A DNA stretch of 64,000 bases, taken from NCBI GenBank assembly GCA_964291285.2, contig OZ219787.1, positions 896,001 to 960,000 of the forward strand, in the 5' to 3' direction. This stretch comes from Alphaproteobacteria bacterium. GTDB taxonomy: Bacteria > Pseudomonadota > Alphaproteobacteria > Bin95. Below are positions 45,318-55,423 of the stretch, piece after piece (within the stretch, counting starts at the first letter, position 1; each line of letters opens with the position of its first letter). Under the pieces are notes generated by a model that was not told the origin of the DNA, searched no databases, and was given only the letters and a program-made list of their open reading frames with translations. A program made the position numbers and the translations under genes.

Positions 45318-47368
45318 CCCGACTTCCGCAACTCGGCTTGAGAATCGACTGATTTGACGGTTTTCCGGCGCGAGAAGTGTCGGATTTCGGTGCAGTACCT
45401 CTCGGGACCGGCTTGTAGTGCCGACCTACCCCCTTGATCGGGCTGGCGAAGATCCGGACGCTGCGCTGATGTTCGTGCGCTGCAAGAGACGCTTCAAGGA
45501 CGGCAAGGAGCACCGCTACTGGAGCGTTGTGGAGAACGTCCGGGTCCACGGCGGTCGGGTTGTTCAGCGTCAGGTGCTCTATCTCGGGGAGATCAACGAC
45601 AGCCAGCGAGCGGCGTGGTGCCGCTCGATCGAGGTGGTGGAGGGCAAGTCGCGATCACGGCAGATGGCGCTGTTTCCCGAGGACCGGGAGGCGCCGGCGC
45701 TGACTTGCGAAGTGGTGAAGATCGACCTCTCGCAGGTGGCGCTTCACGACCCGCGCCAGTGGGGGGCGTGCTGGCTGGCGCTGTCCTTGTGGGACCGCCT
45801 GGACCTGGACCGCTTCTGGGAAGAGCGGCTGCCGGCGAGCCGGCAAGGCACGCGGTGGCTGGACATCCTGAAGATCCAGGTCTGCTACCGGCTGATCGAC
45901 CCGGGCAGCGAGTGGCGCCTTCACCGTCACTGGTATGAGCACAGCGCGCTTCGCGATCTTCTGGGTGGCGAGCGGGCGATCGCCGACGACACACTCTATC
46001 GCTGTCTCGACAAGCTGCTGGCGCACAAGCAGGGCTTCTTCTCGTTTCTGCGCGACCGCTGGGCGACGCTGTTCGAGGCGCGCTTCGACGTGCTGCTCTA
46101 CGACCTGACCTCGACCTACTTCGAGAGCGATCCGCCGTTCGATGACAAGCGCCGCTTCGGCTACAGCCGGGACAAGCGGCCCGACTGCGTGCAGGTGGTG
46201 ATCGCCCTGATCGTTACGCCGCAGGGCTTTCCGCTGGCCTATGAGGTGATGCCGGGCAACACCTCCGACGACACCACGCTGGCGGCGTTCCTCAAGAAGA
46301 TCGAGGATCAGTATGGCCGCTCCGAGCGGGTGTGGATCATGGACCGCGGCATCCCCACCGAGGAGACGCTGGCCGCGATGCGCGAGGGCGAGGCGCCGGT
46401 GCGCTACCTGGTGGGCACGCCCAAGGGCCGGCTGACGCGGCTCGAGAAGGTGTTCCTGGGCCTGCCCTGGCAGGAGGTGCGCCAGTCCGTGACTGTCAAG
46501 CTTCTGGTCGAGGATGGCGAGCTCTACGTCCTGGTGCGCAGCGAGGGGCGGCAGGTGAAGGAACGCGGCATGCGCCGGCGCCGGCTGAAGAGGCTGTGGC
46601 GTCGATTGGCCGAGTTGCAAGGGCAGTCGAACAGCCGGGATCAGTTGTTGCTCAAGCTCGGCGCCGCCAGGAAGGAGGCCGGCCGGGCCTGGAGCCTGGT
46701 CGACATCACCGTGCCCGGGACCGACAGCGAACTCGCCGCCAACGGCTTCTCATTCCGCCTGCAGCGCGACCGGCTGCGCCAGGTCCGCCGCCGCGAGGGC
46801 CGTTACCTGCTGCGATCCAACATGGTCGCCGAAGACCCCGCCACGCTGTGGCATCTGTACATGCAGCTCGTCGAGATCGAGCAGGCGTTCAAGGAACTCA
46901 AGCACGACCTCGCGATCCGCCCCATCTTCCATCAGCGCCAAGAGCGCATCGAGGCGCATATCTTCGTCTCGTTCATCGCCTACTGCCTGCTGGTGACCCT
47001 GAAGAACCTCGCCCGGCCGCGCGCCCCGGGCCTCACCCCACGCGCCATCCTTGAGGCCTTCGCCACCATCCAGATGGTGGACGTCCATCTGCCAACCACC
47101 GACGGCCGGCACCTCGTCCTGCCGCGCCACACCCGGCCGAACAAGGAGCACGAGCTACTGCTGCAACAGCTCGGCATGACCTGGCCGCAGCAACCCGCAC
47201 CCCGGATCTCCGCCTGACGGCACACGGCGCCGCCTCTCCGTTCGCCGCCTTGTAGTGCCGACCCTCGGGGAGACGATCAAGGCTATTCAATGAGTTAGCA
47301 TCCTCATGACCCCCGAGTTGCGGAAGTCGGGTTAGCATCCTCATGACCCCCGAGTTGCGGAAGTCGGG
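45318..47368 (+). mobile_element. IS1634 family insertion sequence
   Basis: 19-bp perfect IR CCCGACTTCCGCAACTCGG; TTAG flanks at 45314-45317 and 47369-47372; right end tandemly duplicated (37 bp). Confidence 0.92.
45469..47217 (+). CDS. IS1634 family transposase
   Basis: KDGKEHRYWSVVE, YDLTSTYFE, GYSRDKRPD, MDRG and IEQAFKELK. Confidence 0.95.
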   Translation: MFVRCKRRFKDGKEHRYWSVVENVRVHGGRVVQRQVLYLGEINDSQRAAWCRSIEVVEGKSRSRQMALFPEDREAPALTCEVVKIDLSQVALHDPRQWGACWLALSLWDRLDLDRFWEERLPASRQGTRWLDILKIQVCYRLIDPGSEWRLHRHWYEHSALRDLLGGERAIADDTLYRCLDKLLAHKQGFFSFLRDRWATLFEARFDVLLYDLTSTYFESDPPFDDKRRFGYSRDKRPDCVQVVIALIVTPQGFPLAYEVMPGNTSDDTTLAAFLKKIEDQYGRSERVWIMDRGIPTEETLAAMREGEAPVRYLVGTPKGRLTRLEKVFLGLPWQEVRQSVTVKLLVEDGELYVLVRSEGRQVKERGMRRRRLKRLWRRLAELQGQSNSRDQLLLKLGAARKEAGRAWSLVDITVPGTDSELAANGFSFRLQRDRLRQVRRREGRYLLRSNMVAEDPATLWHLYMQLVEIEQAFKELKHDLAIRPIFHQRQERIEAHIFVSFIAYCLLVTLKNLARPRAPGLTPRAILEAFATIQMVDVHLPTTDGRHLVLPRHTRPNKEHELLLQQLGMTWPQQPAPRISA

Positions 47369-47615
47369 TTAGGGTCCGCTGCACGGGCAAGCCGGCGGCA
47401 GTCAAATGGAACGAAACCGGGTCGAAAGGAGAGATCTATGCCGAATGGGCAAAGACGGAGAAACCGGACGGAATACCGGGAGCCCCCGCCCGGAACGCCA
47501 GTTCCATGCCTGAATCGGCGGCAGGATATGAGCCGTCTGCATGCTGATCATGACATCGCATGACAAAACATGACACTTCATGACACGTCGGTGGAGCGGG
47601 CCCCTGGGCCCGGCT
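47369..47615 (+). repeat. Dispersed element, copy 3, 3' part
   Basis: Continues the alignment with copy 1 (AGGGTCC, GAAAGGAGAG, CGGAATACCGGGAGCCCC); CATGAC at 47549, 47559, 47569 and 47579. Confidence 0.9.
47438..47563 (+). CDS. Putative 41-aa small ORF inside element copy 3
   Basis: AAAGGAGAG RBS; MPNGQRRRNRTEYREPPPGTPVPCLNRRQDMSRLHADHDIA. Confidence 0.35.
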   Translation: MPNGQRRRNRTEYREPPPGTPVPCLNRRQDMSRLHADHDIA

Positions 47616-47740
47616 GCGGGTCCAGCGTGCGCCTGTGGCAGCGGCGCCGGTCCGCCGTCTTTCGCGAACGGGCAAAGGCGCTATCATCCGCCGCCGAACC
47701 CTGAAACCCGAACGATCCCGAAACCCGAGGGGGGCTCTTC

Positions 47741-48151
47741 TTGTCCGACTACCAGAAATGGATACCCGTCCCGACGCCGGAGACCTGGCACTTCTGGGAC
47801 GGCTGCCGCGAAGGCAGGCTCTTGCTGCAACGCTGCGGCGATACCGGCAGGGCCTACTTCCCGCCGCGCCCGTTCAGCCCGTACACGGGCAGCCGCAATG
47901 TCTCGGTATTCGAGGCGTCCGGTAAGGGCACGCTCTACAGCTATGTCATCAATCACCGGCCGGCCAAAGGCTTCGAGGCGCCCTACGCCATCGCCATCGT
48001 CCAGCTTCCCGAGGGCGTGCGGATGATGACCAACATCGTGGAGTGCGAGCAGACGCCCGAGGCGCTCGAGCTCGACATGCCGCTCGAGGTCTGCTTCGAG
48101 AAGATCGACGACGACATCTCGCTGCCGCTCTGGCGGCCGGCGGGCGGCTGA
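47741..48151 (+). CDS. Zn-ribbon/OB-fold (DUF35) protein
   Basis: HFWDG..EGRLLLQRC, YFPPR, ASGKGTLYSY and EGVRMMTNIV. Confidence 0.9.
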   Translation: MSDYQKWIPVPTPETWHFWDGCREGRLLLQRCGDTGRAYFPPRPFSPYTGSRNVSVFEASGKGTLYSYVINHRPAKGFEAPYAIAIVQLPEGVRMMTNIVECEQTPEALELDMPLEVCFEKIDDDISLPLWRPAGG

Positions 48152-48164
48152 GGGAGAGCGGACC

Positions 48165-49325
48165 ATGACCTACAAGCCCGGCTCCGTCGCCATAGTGGGC
48201 GCCGCCGAGACCACCGAACTCGGCAAGCTGCCCGACATCTCGCAACTCCAGCTGCATGCCGACGCGGCCTTGAACGCGATGGCGGATTGCGGCTTGCGCC
48301 CCGCCGACATCGACGGCATCGCGACCGCGCGCGAGGTGCCGACCGAACTCGCCCACTATCTCGGCATCGTGCCGAAATGGGTGGACGGCACTTCGGTCGG
48401 CGGCTGCTCCTTCATGATCCATGTGCGCCACGCCTGCGCCGCCATCGAGGCGGGGCTCTGCAACACGGTGCTCATCACCCATGGCGAGAGCGGCCGCTCG
48501 CAGATCGGCCGGCCCGTGCAGGGTGTCGGCCCCTCCACGCAGGAAGGCCAGTTCCAGATGCCCTACGGGCCGCTCGGGCCGCCGACCATGTTCACCATCC
48601 CGGTGCTGCGCTACCTCAAGACCTACGGTGTCGGCATCGAGAAGGTCGCCAATGTGGGCGTGGTGCAGCGCAAATGGGCGGGCTTCCATCCGCGAGCGAG
48701 TTTCCGCGACCCGATCACCATCGACGATGTGCTCAACTCGCGCATGATCGCCTGGCCGTTCCGGCTGCTGATGTGCTGCCTCGTGACCGACGGCGGCGGC
48801 GCGCTCATCCTGACGAAGGCTGACCGGGCGTCGAGCTTCCCGACGAAGCCCGTCTATATCCAGGGCATCGGCGAGAGCGTGGAGACCAGCCTCATCAGCC
48901 AGATGGAGGACTTCACCTCCTCGCGCGCCTTCCGCGTCGCCGGGCGGACCGCCTTCGAGAACGCCGGCATCACGCACAAGGACGTGGACCACCTGATGAT
49001 CTACGACGCCTTCGCGCACCTGCCGATCTACGGCCTGGAGGACCTGGGCTTCTGCGGGCGCGGCGAGGCCGGCGACTTCATGTGGGAAGGCAACACCGCG
49101 CCCGGCGCGACCGGCTCGAACGCGCTGCCGCTCAACACCAATGGCGGCGGCCTCTCCTACATGCATTCCGGCATGTACGGCATGTATGCGCTGCAGGAGA
49201 GCGTGCGCCAGATGCGCGGCACCTCGCCCGCCCAGGTCGAGGGCGCGGAACTCTCCGTCTGCCACGGCGTCGGCGGCATGTTCGCAGCCTCGGGCACGGT
49301 GGTGATGTCCAGCCAGCCGGCCTGA
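48165..49325 (+). CDS. Thiolase-like protein (SCP-x/lipid-transfer type)
   Basis: VGGCSF, CCLVTDGGGA, IYDAF and NTNGGGLSYMH. Confidence 0.9.
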   Translation: MTYKPGSVAIVGAAETTELGKLPDISQLQLHADAALNAMADCGLRPADIDGIATAREVPTELAHYLGIVPKWVDGTSVGGCSFMIHVRHACAAIEAGLCNTVLITHGESGRSQIGRPVQGVGPSTQEGQFQMPYGPLGPPTMFTIPVLRYLKTYGVGIEKVANVGVVQRKWAGFHPRASFRDPITIDDVLNSRMIAWPFRLLMCCLVTDGGGALILTKADRASSFPTKPVYIQGIGESVETSLISQMEDFTSSRAFRVAGRTAFENAGITHKDVDHLMIYDAFAHLPIYGLEDLGFCGRGEAGDFMWEGNTAPGATGSNALPLNTNGGGLSYMHSGMYGMYALQESVRQMRGTSPAQVEGAELSVCHGVGGMFAASGTVVMSSQPA

Positions 49326-49346
49326 CCGCCGGAGGGGCCGCCTGTC

Positions 49347-50015
49347 ATGGACCTTGCCGGCCGCGTCCTCTACCGCGACGGCCTGGTCCTGGTCATCGAC
49401 AAGCCCGCCGGGGTCCCGGTCCATGCCGGCCCCGGCGGCGGCCCCAATCTGGAAGAGGGCTTCGACAGCCTGCGCTTCGGCTGGAGGCGCCCGCCGGCGC
49501 TCGCCCACCGGCTCGACCGGGAGACGAGCGGCTGTCTGGTGCTGGGCCGGCATCCGAAGGCGCTGAGGCGTCTCGGCAGGCTCTTTGCCTCGGGCCGGGT
49601 GGGCAAGACTTACTGGGCATGGACGGCCGGCGCGCCGCCGGAAGAGGCGGGACTCATCAATGCGCCGCTGCTCAAGCGCAGCACCCGCGCGGGCGGCTGG
49701 TCCATGCGGGTGGACGGAGAGGGCAAGCAGGCCGCCACCCGCTACCGCGTGCTCGAACGCCGGGAAGACGGCACCGCCTGGCTCGAATGCCGGCCGTTGA
49801 CGGGCCGCACGCACCAGATCCGGGCGCATCTGGCACATCTCGGCTGCCCGGTGGTGGGCGACACGCGCTATGGCGGCCCGGCGGCGCCACGCACGTTACT
49901 GCATGCCTGCGCCATATCCTTGCCGCTCCGTGAGGGCCGGAAGCCGGTAGCCGTGGAAGCGCCCTTGCCGGCAGATATCGAGGCGTTTCTCGCGGGCGGC
50001 GGCCGTCAGGTATAG
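49347..50015 (+). CDS. RluA family pseudouridine synthase
   Basis: DKPAG, HRLDRETSG, TGRTHQIRAH and GD..YG. Confidence 0.94.
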   Translation: MDLAGRVLYRDGLVLVIDKPAGVPVHAGPGGGPNLEEGFDSLRFGWRRPPALAHRLDRETSGCLVLGRHPKALRRLGRLFASGRVGKTYWAWTAGAPPEEAGLINAPLLKRSTRAGGWSMRVDGEGKQAATRYRVLERREDGTAWLECRPLTGRTHQIRAHLAHLGCPVVGDTRYGGPAAPRTLLHACAISLPLREGRKPVAVEAPLPADIEAFLAGGGRQV

Positions 50016-50974
50016 ACGAACGCCAGCGAGCGGTCGGGCTCGGCGAGGACGAGATCGACGATGGTCTCGACCGTGCTGCCGACGGGCTCCATGCCGGCCG
50101 TCTTCGCGACGTCGGTCATCGCCTGCATGGCGCGCAGGAAATTGCGGCAGACCCGGTCGTCCGGGTCGGTGTAGTCGTTGTCGTTATGCGTGATGGCGTT
50201 GATGACCGGGATCGTCGCGCCGCGCCGGCGGACCTGGCTCACGATGTTGGCGGCGATCCGCTCATAGTCCGCCTCGGGCCAGTCGGGGCGCATGTCCCAG
50301 TGGCCGGTCAGCGTGTTGGCGTCCAGCGCGTCCGCATCCGGATCGACGGCCTGCCATTTGGTGCCGGCCGTGACGAGCGTGCCGGAGAAATCCACCGAAA
50401 CCGGCATGTTGGCGAATGGCAGGTCGCCGACGAGCTGGCGGAAGACCGGATGGGCCCGGTGCGGGTCGGGCGCCGCCCCGGTCCAGATGGCGTTCATGCG
50501 CGGCCAGATCCGCCCCGGCATGGAGCATGAGCCGCCGCGAAAGCCGAGGTCGGCGAGGACCCGGTACATGCTGTCGTTCGCCGAGAAGGTGCCGGGCCGG
50601 AAATAGAGCGGGCGGCGTCCCATGCCCGACTGCCACATGGAAATCGCCTCGGAGAGCGCGGCCCGCATGTCCGGCTCCGAAAGCCCGCCGAAATGAGCCT
50701 TGTATCTGCCGTCGCGGAACTTCCAGGGATGAAGGTGAAGGCCCTCGACGCAGCAGCCCCGGCCCGTCAGCTCCTCGAACAGGCCGGCCTGCTCGACGGC
50801 GACCTCGGGATGGATGAAGAAGGAGACGGGGAAGCCGAACTCCCGGGCCCGATCGGCGTAGCCCCGGATGAATTTCTCGCTGTCCGCCCAGCTTCGGGGT
50901 CCCGTCGCCGTCGGGTGCGTATCCGGCGTCGGCGGCTCCACGTCCATGGTGATGACGACATGCAGCTTGTCCAC
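50006..50974 (-). CDS. Polysaccharide deacetylase-like (NodB-fold) protein
   Basis: VITMDVE, GLHLHP and FRPGTF. Confidence 0.72.
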   Translation of the reverse strand: MDKLHVVITMDVEPPTPDTHPTATGPRSWADSEKFIRGYADRAREFGFPVSFFIHPEVAVEQAGLFEELTGRGCCVEGLHLHPWKFRDGRYKAHFGGLSEPDMRAALSEAISMWQSGMGRRPLYFRPGTFSANDSMYRVLADLGFRGGSCSMPGRIWPRMNAIWTGAAPDPHRAHPVFRQLVGDLPFANMPVSVDFSGTLVTAGTKWQAVDPDADALDANTLTGHWDMRPDWPEADYERIAANIVSQVRRRGATIPVINAITHNDNDYTDPDDRVCRNFLRAMQAMTDVAKTAGMEPVGSTVETIVDLVLAEPDRSLAFVYT

Positions 50975-50983
50975 GGGGCGGCG

Positions 50984-52162
50984 TCAGACCCGCTTCGGCA
51001 GCATGAAGGCGCCGCAGAGAATCGCCGCCGCAGCAACCGCCAGCACCATGAACAGCGCCTCGAAGCCCCAGCTTTTGTGCAGCCAGGCGATCAGGTTGAG
51101 TGCCGTGGCCGCGACCGCGAAGGTGACGATGTAGCGGGCGGCGAAGGCGCGCGCGCGCCACTCGCTCTTCGTCATGCGCCCGATCAGCACATCGTTGATC
51201 GGGATCTGGCCGAACACCGCCAGCATGAAGCCGACGGCGATGAAGAAGGCGAGGAGCCCGTCGGCATGGATCATGGCGGCGAACAGCAGCGCCTGGCATG
51301 CCGCGACGCCGACGAACACCCAGCGGATCGAGTAGTTGTCCACGAGCCAGCCCACGAGGAGCTGCGCGAAGGCGGCGGCGGTGAAGGTGACGAAGGCGTA
51401 GCCGCCCACTTCCGTCGCCGATCCGGCGAAATCGGACAGGCGTTCGTCGAACACCTCGGGGAGCGCGAAGGTCGTGCTCTGGAAGACCAGCCCGCCGAGC
51501 GCCGTGGTGAAGAAGATGATTGCGAAGACGTGGATCAGCACGGCCCGGGTCGGGTCGGCTTCGCCCTGGACCGCCGGCTTTGCCTCCGCGACGGAGGCGG
51601 GCGTCTCGACGGGGCCGCCGCGCAGGAACAGCATCCAGGCGAGGCCGACGGCGATGGAGACGGCGCCGGGGACGAAGAAGGCGGCCCGCCAGCCGACAAG
51701 GTCGATCAGGATGCCGGTCACCAGCGCGGCCAGAGCCACGCCCATATTGCCGTAAATGCCGTTGACCGCGATGGGGATTCCGGTGCGCCCGCGCCCCTCG
51801 ACCACCATGGCGAGGCCGACGGGGTGGTAGATCGCGGCGAACACGCCGATGGCCAGCAGTCCCGCGCCGATCTGGAGCGGCGTGTCGGCGAACCCGGTGG
51901 CGACGGTGCTGGCCCCGATGCCGAGGAAGAAAACGCTCATCATCCCCTCGCGGCTCCACTTGTCGCCGAGCCACCCGGCCAGGAGCGCGAAGGCCCCGAA
52001 CGCAACGAGGCCGGCCGTCCCGTAGGGGATCAGGTCGTCATATGTGAGGTTCCAGGCCTCGGCCAGAAAGAGCGCCGCCACGGTGGCGAAGATCAGCATG
52101 GCGAGATGGTCGAGCAGGTGCCCGATATTCAGGAACAGGAACTGCGTCGAGAAGCGGGTCAT
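50984..52162 (-). CDS. MFS transporter
   Basis: About 12 hydrophobic segments; GWLGDKWSR and AAIYHPVG. Confidence 0.92.
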   Translation of the reverse strand: MTRFSTQFLFLNIGHLLDHLAMLIFATVAALFLAEAWNLTYDDLIPYGTAGLVAFGAFALLAGWLGDKWSREGMMSVFFLGIGASTVATGFADTPLQIGAGLLAIGVFAAIYHPVGLAMVVEGRGRTGIPIAVNGIYGNMGVALAALVTGILIDLVGWRAAFFVPGAVSIAVGLAWMLFLRGGPVETPASVAEAKPAVQGEADPTRAVLIHVFAIIFFTTALGGLVFQSTTFALPEVFDERLSDFAGSATEVGGYAFVTFTAAAFAQLLVGWLVDNYSIRWVFVGVAACQALLFAAMIHADGLLAFFIAVGFMLAVFGQIPINDVLIGRMTKSEWRARAFAARYIVTFAVAATALNLIAWLHKSWGFEALFMVLAVAAAAILCGAFMLPKRV

Positions 52163-52172
52163 GGATCCGAGG

Positions 52173-53291
52173 TTACTCCAGTATCGCCATGTGGACGAAG
52201 TTCGAGACCACGTCGAGGCGTTCGCTGTGCCAGGGCTCGGGGTGGAGGCAGTTGGTGAGATAGGCGAAGGAGACGCCCGAGGCCGGGTCCGCCCAGCAGT
52301 AGGACGAGCCCACACCGCCATGGCCGAACACGCCCTCATGGCCGAGCGAGCCGAGGCCCCGGATCGTCTGGGTGCGGCCGCGCACATGCGGGCCGATGCC
52401 GCGGTGCATCGGCATCTCGAAGCGCTCGTCCACCCTCTCGCCGGTCCAGTTGCGGGTGCAGTAGGCGACGAGTCGCGGCGGGAAGAGCCGCACATCCTCC
52501 AGCCGTCCGCCCTGCACCAGCATCTGGTAGAAGGCCGCCATGCCCTTCGCGGTCGCGTAACCGCCGCCGCCGGGTATGCCGGCGCGGCGGATTTCGGGCG
52601 TGTTGCGCTCCGCCAGCGGTTCGAACCCGCCGCCATCGGCCGGCGCGTGCATATCGACGGCGCGGCCGTGCTCCGAATCCGGCAGGCCGACGAACACCTC
52701 GTTCTCCAGCCCGAGCGGCGCCGTGACCTCGTCGCGGATGAAGGCGCGGAAGTCCCGGCCGGAGACGGCCTCGATCAGCGCCGCAGCCGCCCAGTGCGCG
52801 GCCCCGGCATGGTAGTGGACGCGGCTTCCGGGCGTCCATTCGGCCTCGAAGCCGATGACGGCGCGCCGCCTGGCCTCGCGGTCCTCCCAGGCCTCCGGCG
52901 GCATGTCCGAGTTGGGAAAGCCGCCCTGGTGCGTCAGCAGTTCGAGCACGCTCTGCCGGCCCTTGCCGTGGGCCTCGAAGCCCGGCAGGTGCATGGCGAC
53001 CGGGTCGGTGAAGCGCAACCGGCCGTCCGCAACGAGCTTCCAGACCGCCGCCGCGGTAATCACCTTGGTATTGGAGAAGAGCAGCCAGAGCGTGCCTTCC
53101 TCCGCATCCTGCGGCGGGTCGAGCCGGGCTTGGCCGAAGCGCCGGTTGAGCGCCAGCCGCCCGTGCCGGGCGACGGCGATCTCGGCGCCGGGATAACGCC
53201 CCTCTGCGATATGGGCCTCGACCGTCTCGACCAGCCGCTCCAGCGGCCGCGGATCGAGGCCGAGCGCCCCGGCGTCCGCCATGTCCGTCAT
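52173..53291 (-). CDS. Serine hydrolase, beta-lactamase family
   Basis: FSNTK (SxxK), LLTHQGG, PG..VHYH and FGHGG. Confidence 0.92.
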   Translation of the reverse strand: MTDMADAGALGLDPRPLERLVETVEAHIAEGRYPGAEIAVARHGRLALNRRFGQARLDPPQDAEEGTLWLLFSNTKVITAAAVWKLVADGRLRFTDPVAMHLPGFEAHGKGRQSVLELLTHQGGFPNSDMPPEAWEDREARRRAVIGFEAEWTPGSRVHYHAGAAHWAAAALIEAVSGRDFRAFIRDEVTAPLGLENEVFVGLPDSEHGRAVDMHAPADGGGFEPLAERNTPEIRRAGIPGGGGYATAKGMAAFYQMLVQGGRLEDVRLFPPRLVAYCTRNWTGERVDERFEMPMHRGIGPHVRGRTQTIRGLGSLGHEGVFGHGGVGSSYCWADPASGVSFAYLTNCLHPEPWHSERLDVVSNFVHMAILE

Positions 53292-53301
53292 GCGCGCGCG
53301 C

Positions 53302-53916
53302 CTAGAACGGGAACGTCGAACTGAATGCTTCCGTCGCCTCGCAGCGTTCGGCGAGCGCCGCCAGGGCCGGACAGGCCTCGGCGACCTTCATCGGCGGATG
53401 CGCGAAGCGCGCAAAGGTGAAGCCGCAGACGGCGGAGATGTCGGCCTGGCTCAGCGAATCGCCGACCAGCCAGCCGTCGCCGGCTTCGGCGGCGAGCCCG
53501 TCCAGATATTGCAGGCCGCCCAGCGCGCGTTCGCGATTGTGGGCGATCCAGCTTTCCTCCACCTTCTCCTTCGGGCGGAAGCGCGGCTCGTAGACGGCCC
53601 AGATGGTCCGGTCCATGGCGCCGGTGGCCATGGCGGTCGCGTGCATCACATCGCGGCGCGCCTTGCCGGAGGCGGGGATCAGCCGCTTGTCGCCTGCCAT
53701 TTCGTCGAGCGCGTCGAGAATGGCGTAGCTCTCGACCAGCGCCTCGCCATCGTCGAGCAGCAGCGTCGGGATGCGGAGCAGCGGGTTGTAACGCCGGACG
53801 GACTCGGGGTCGTCGAACACCGCGACCTGGTCGAGTTCCCAGTCGAGGCCCATCAGGTTGAGCGAGACTGCGACGCGGCGGACATAGGGCGAGCGGGTGG
53901 AACCGAGAAGTTTCAT
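53302..53916 (-). CDS. Glutathione S-transferase family protein
   Basis: SPYVRRV, NPLLRIPTL, ESYAI and SQADI. Confidence 0.92.
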   Translation of the reverse strand: MKLLGSTRSPYVRRVAVSLNLMGLDWELDQVAVFDDPESVRRYNPLLRIPTLLLDDGEALVESYAILDALDEMAGDKRLIPASGKARRDVMHATAMATGAMDRTIWAVYEPRFRPKEKVEESWIAHNRERALGGLQYLDGLAAEAGDGWLVGDSLSQADISAVCGFTFARFAHPPMKVAEACPALAALAERCEATEAFSSTFPF

Positions 53917-54071
53917 CGGGCTGGAAGCTCCTGGATGCGGGGATAGGACACCCGCACCATAGCGCGCTGCGCGTTCTTCCTCCAGCCTCCCCGTGCGCGA
54001 CCCGCCCGGCGCGGGCGGCGGCGGAAGGAATGGCCGGGACGGCGGCGCGCGTTTATTTTGAATTTTTTCCG

Positions 54072-54104
54072 TTGACGTCACGCACAGATATTCTATATAT
54101 GTTC
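54072..54104 (+). promoter_or_regulatory. Putative sigma70 promoter with overlapping LexA-like box
   Basis: TTGACG-16 bp-TATATA after an AT-rich tract; ATTC-N7-GTTC (54090-54104) is one mismatch from the alphaproteobacterial GTTC-N7-GTTC box. Confidence 0.5.
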
Positions 54105-54374
54105 CAGCGCAGCCCATGATCCCGAAGCGCTGCGCGCGCGTATGCCGGGGCCGTCAGGGCCTCCGGAAGCGGCCGACGGGTCGCCGTTCCGATGTGCAGC
54201 GCGCGCGCACTCCCCGCAAGCCGCCGGCGGAGGGCAGGCCGGCAAACCGGCGGGGTGCGCCTGCGCCGACCCTGCGGAGGGGCCTTGCCGCGCCGGACCT
54301 GCCGGTTCCGGGCGGCGCCCTGCCGCGCCGGACCTGCCGGCCCGCGGCCGCGGCTGCGGTCGGACATAATGGAA

Positions 54375-55401
54375 CCTGCTTATTCTTGAGAGTCATCTTG
54401 TGAGATTGTAGGTTTGGAAGGGTTTCTGTTATCGGGAGGTCATGGATATGGCATTCAAGGTTGCATCGCGTGTTCGTGGCTTGAGCGACGATGCGTTCCG
54501 AGCGTCGTTCGGCACGGAGGATCAGTGCCGGGCGGTGCTAGCCCGATTGCGCTGGCCGAACGGTTTCGAGTGCGGCTCCTGCGGGCATCGGGGGCACTGC
54601 ATTCTTGCCGGGCGCAGGCTTTACCAGTGCAACCGCTGCAAGAAGCAGGTTTCGGTGACGTCGGGGACGATCTTCCACTCGACCAAGCTGCCCCTGACGT
54701 TGTGGTTTGCGGCGATCCACCTTGTGGTGACGGCGAAGAACGGCATTTCGTCGGTGGAACTCGGTCGCCGCCTCGGGGTCAGGCAGCCGACCGCCTGGAG
54801 CATGAAGCAGAAGATCATGGCGGTGATGGCCCGGCGCGAAGCCGACACGCGGCTCGAAGGACGGGTCGAGATGGACGACGCCTATCTCGGCGGGTCGCGC
54901 TCCGGCGGCAAGCGCGGCCGGGGCGCGCCGGGCAAGACGCCCTTCGTGGCGGCGGTCTCGACCAGCGCCGAAGGGGCTCCGCGCAAGGTCAAGCTCGTCC
55001 CGGTCAGGGGCTTCCGCAAGCGCGAGATCGCGCGCGGCGCCAAACGCTGGCTGGCCCCGGGGACGGAGGTCGTCACCGATGCCCTGCACTGCTGGAACGC
55101 CCTCGACGGCATCGCCGCAAGCCACAGCGCCATCCGTACCGGCTCAGGCCGCCGGGCAGCCCGCATGGCCCCCTTCAAATGGGTCAACACGACCCTCGGC
55201 AACATCAAGAGCGCCATCGCCGGAACCTACCGAAAGCTCGGTCCCGACCATGCCGAACGCTACCTCGCCAGCTTCGCATGGCGATACAACCGACGATACC
55301 AACTCAACTCCATGATCCCACGCTTCCTTCACAGCGCCGTCAGAACACAACCCATCCCATATCAACTACTCATTGCAGGATGATCCTTGAGAATAAGCAG
55401 G
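54375..55401 (+). mobile_element. IS1595 family insertion sequence
   Basis: IR starting CCTGCTTATTCT; 8-bp TSD TAATGGAA at 54367-54374 and 55402-55409. Confidence 0.94.
54442..55383 (+). CDS. IS1595 family transposase
   Basis: RWPNGFECGSC..QCNRC Zn ribbon, GTIFHSTKLPL, VEMDDAY and WRYNRR. Confidence 0.95.
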   Translation: MDMAFKVASRVRGLSDDAFRASFGTEDQCRAVLARLRWPNGFECGSCGHRGHCILAGRRLYQCNRCKKQVSVTSGTIFHSTKLPLTLWFAAIHLVVTAKNGISSVELGRRLGVRQPTAWSMKQKIMAVMARREADTRLEGRVEMDDAYLGGSRSGGKRGRGAPGKTPFVAAVSTSAEGAPRKVKLVPVRGFRKREIARGAKRWLAPGTEVVTDALHCWNALDGIAASHSAIRTGSGRRAARMAPFKWVNTTLGNIKSAIAGTYRKLGPDHAERYLASFAWRYNRRYQLNSMIPRFLHSAVRTQPIPYQLLIAG

Positions 55402-55423
55402 TAATGGAAAGAGGAGGACGACG

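Noticed and set aside
47295-47368. 37-bp repeat as a mini-CRISPR
   Set aside because: The units abut without a spacer and contain the IS1634 terminal IR
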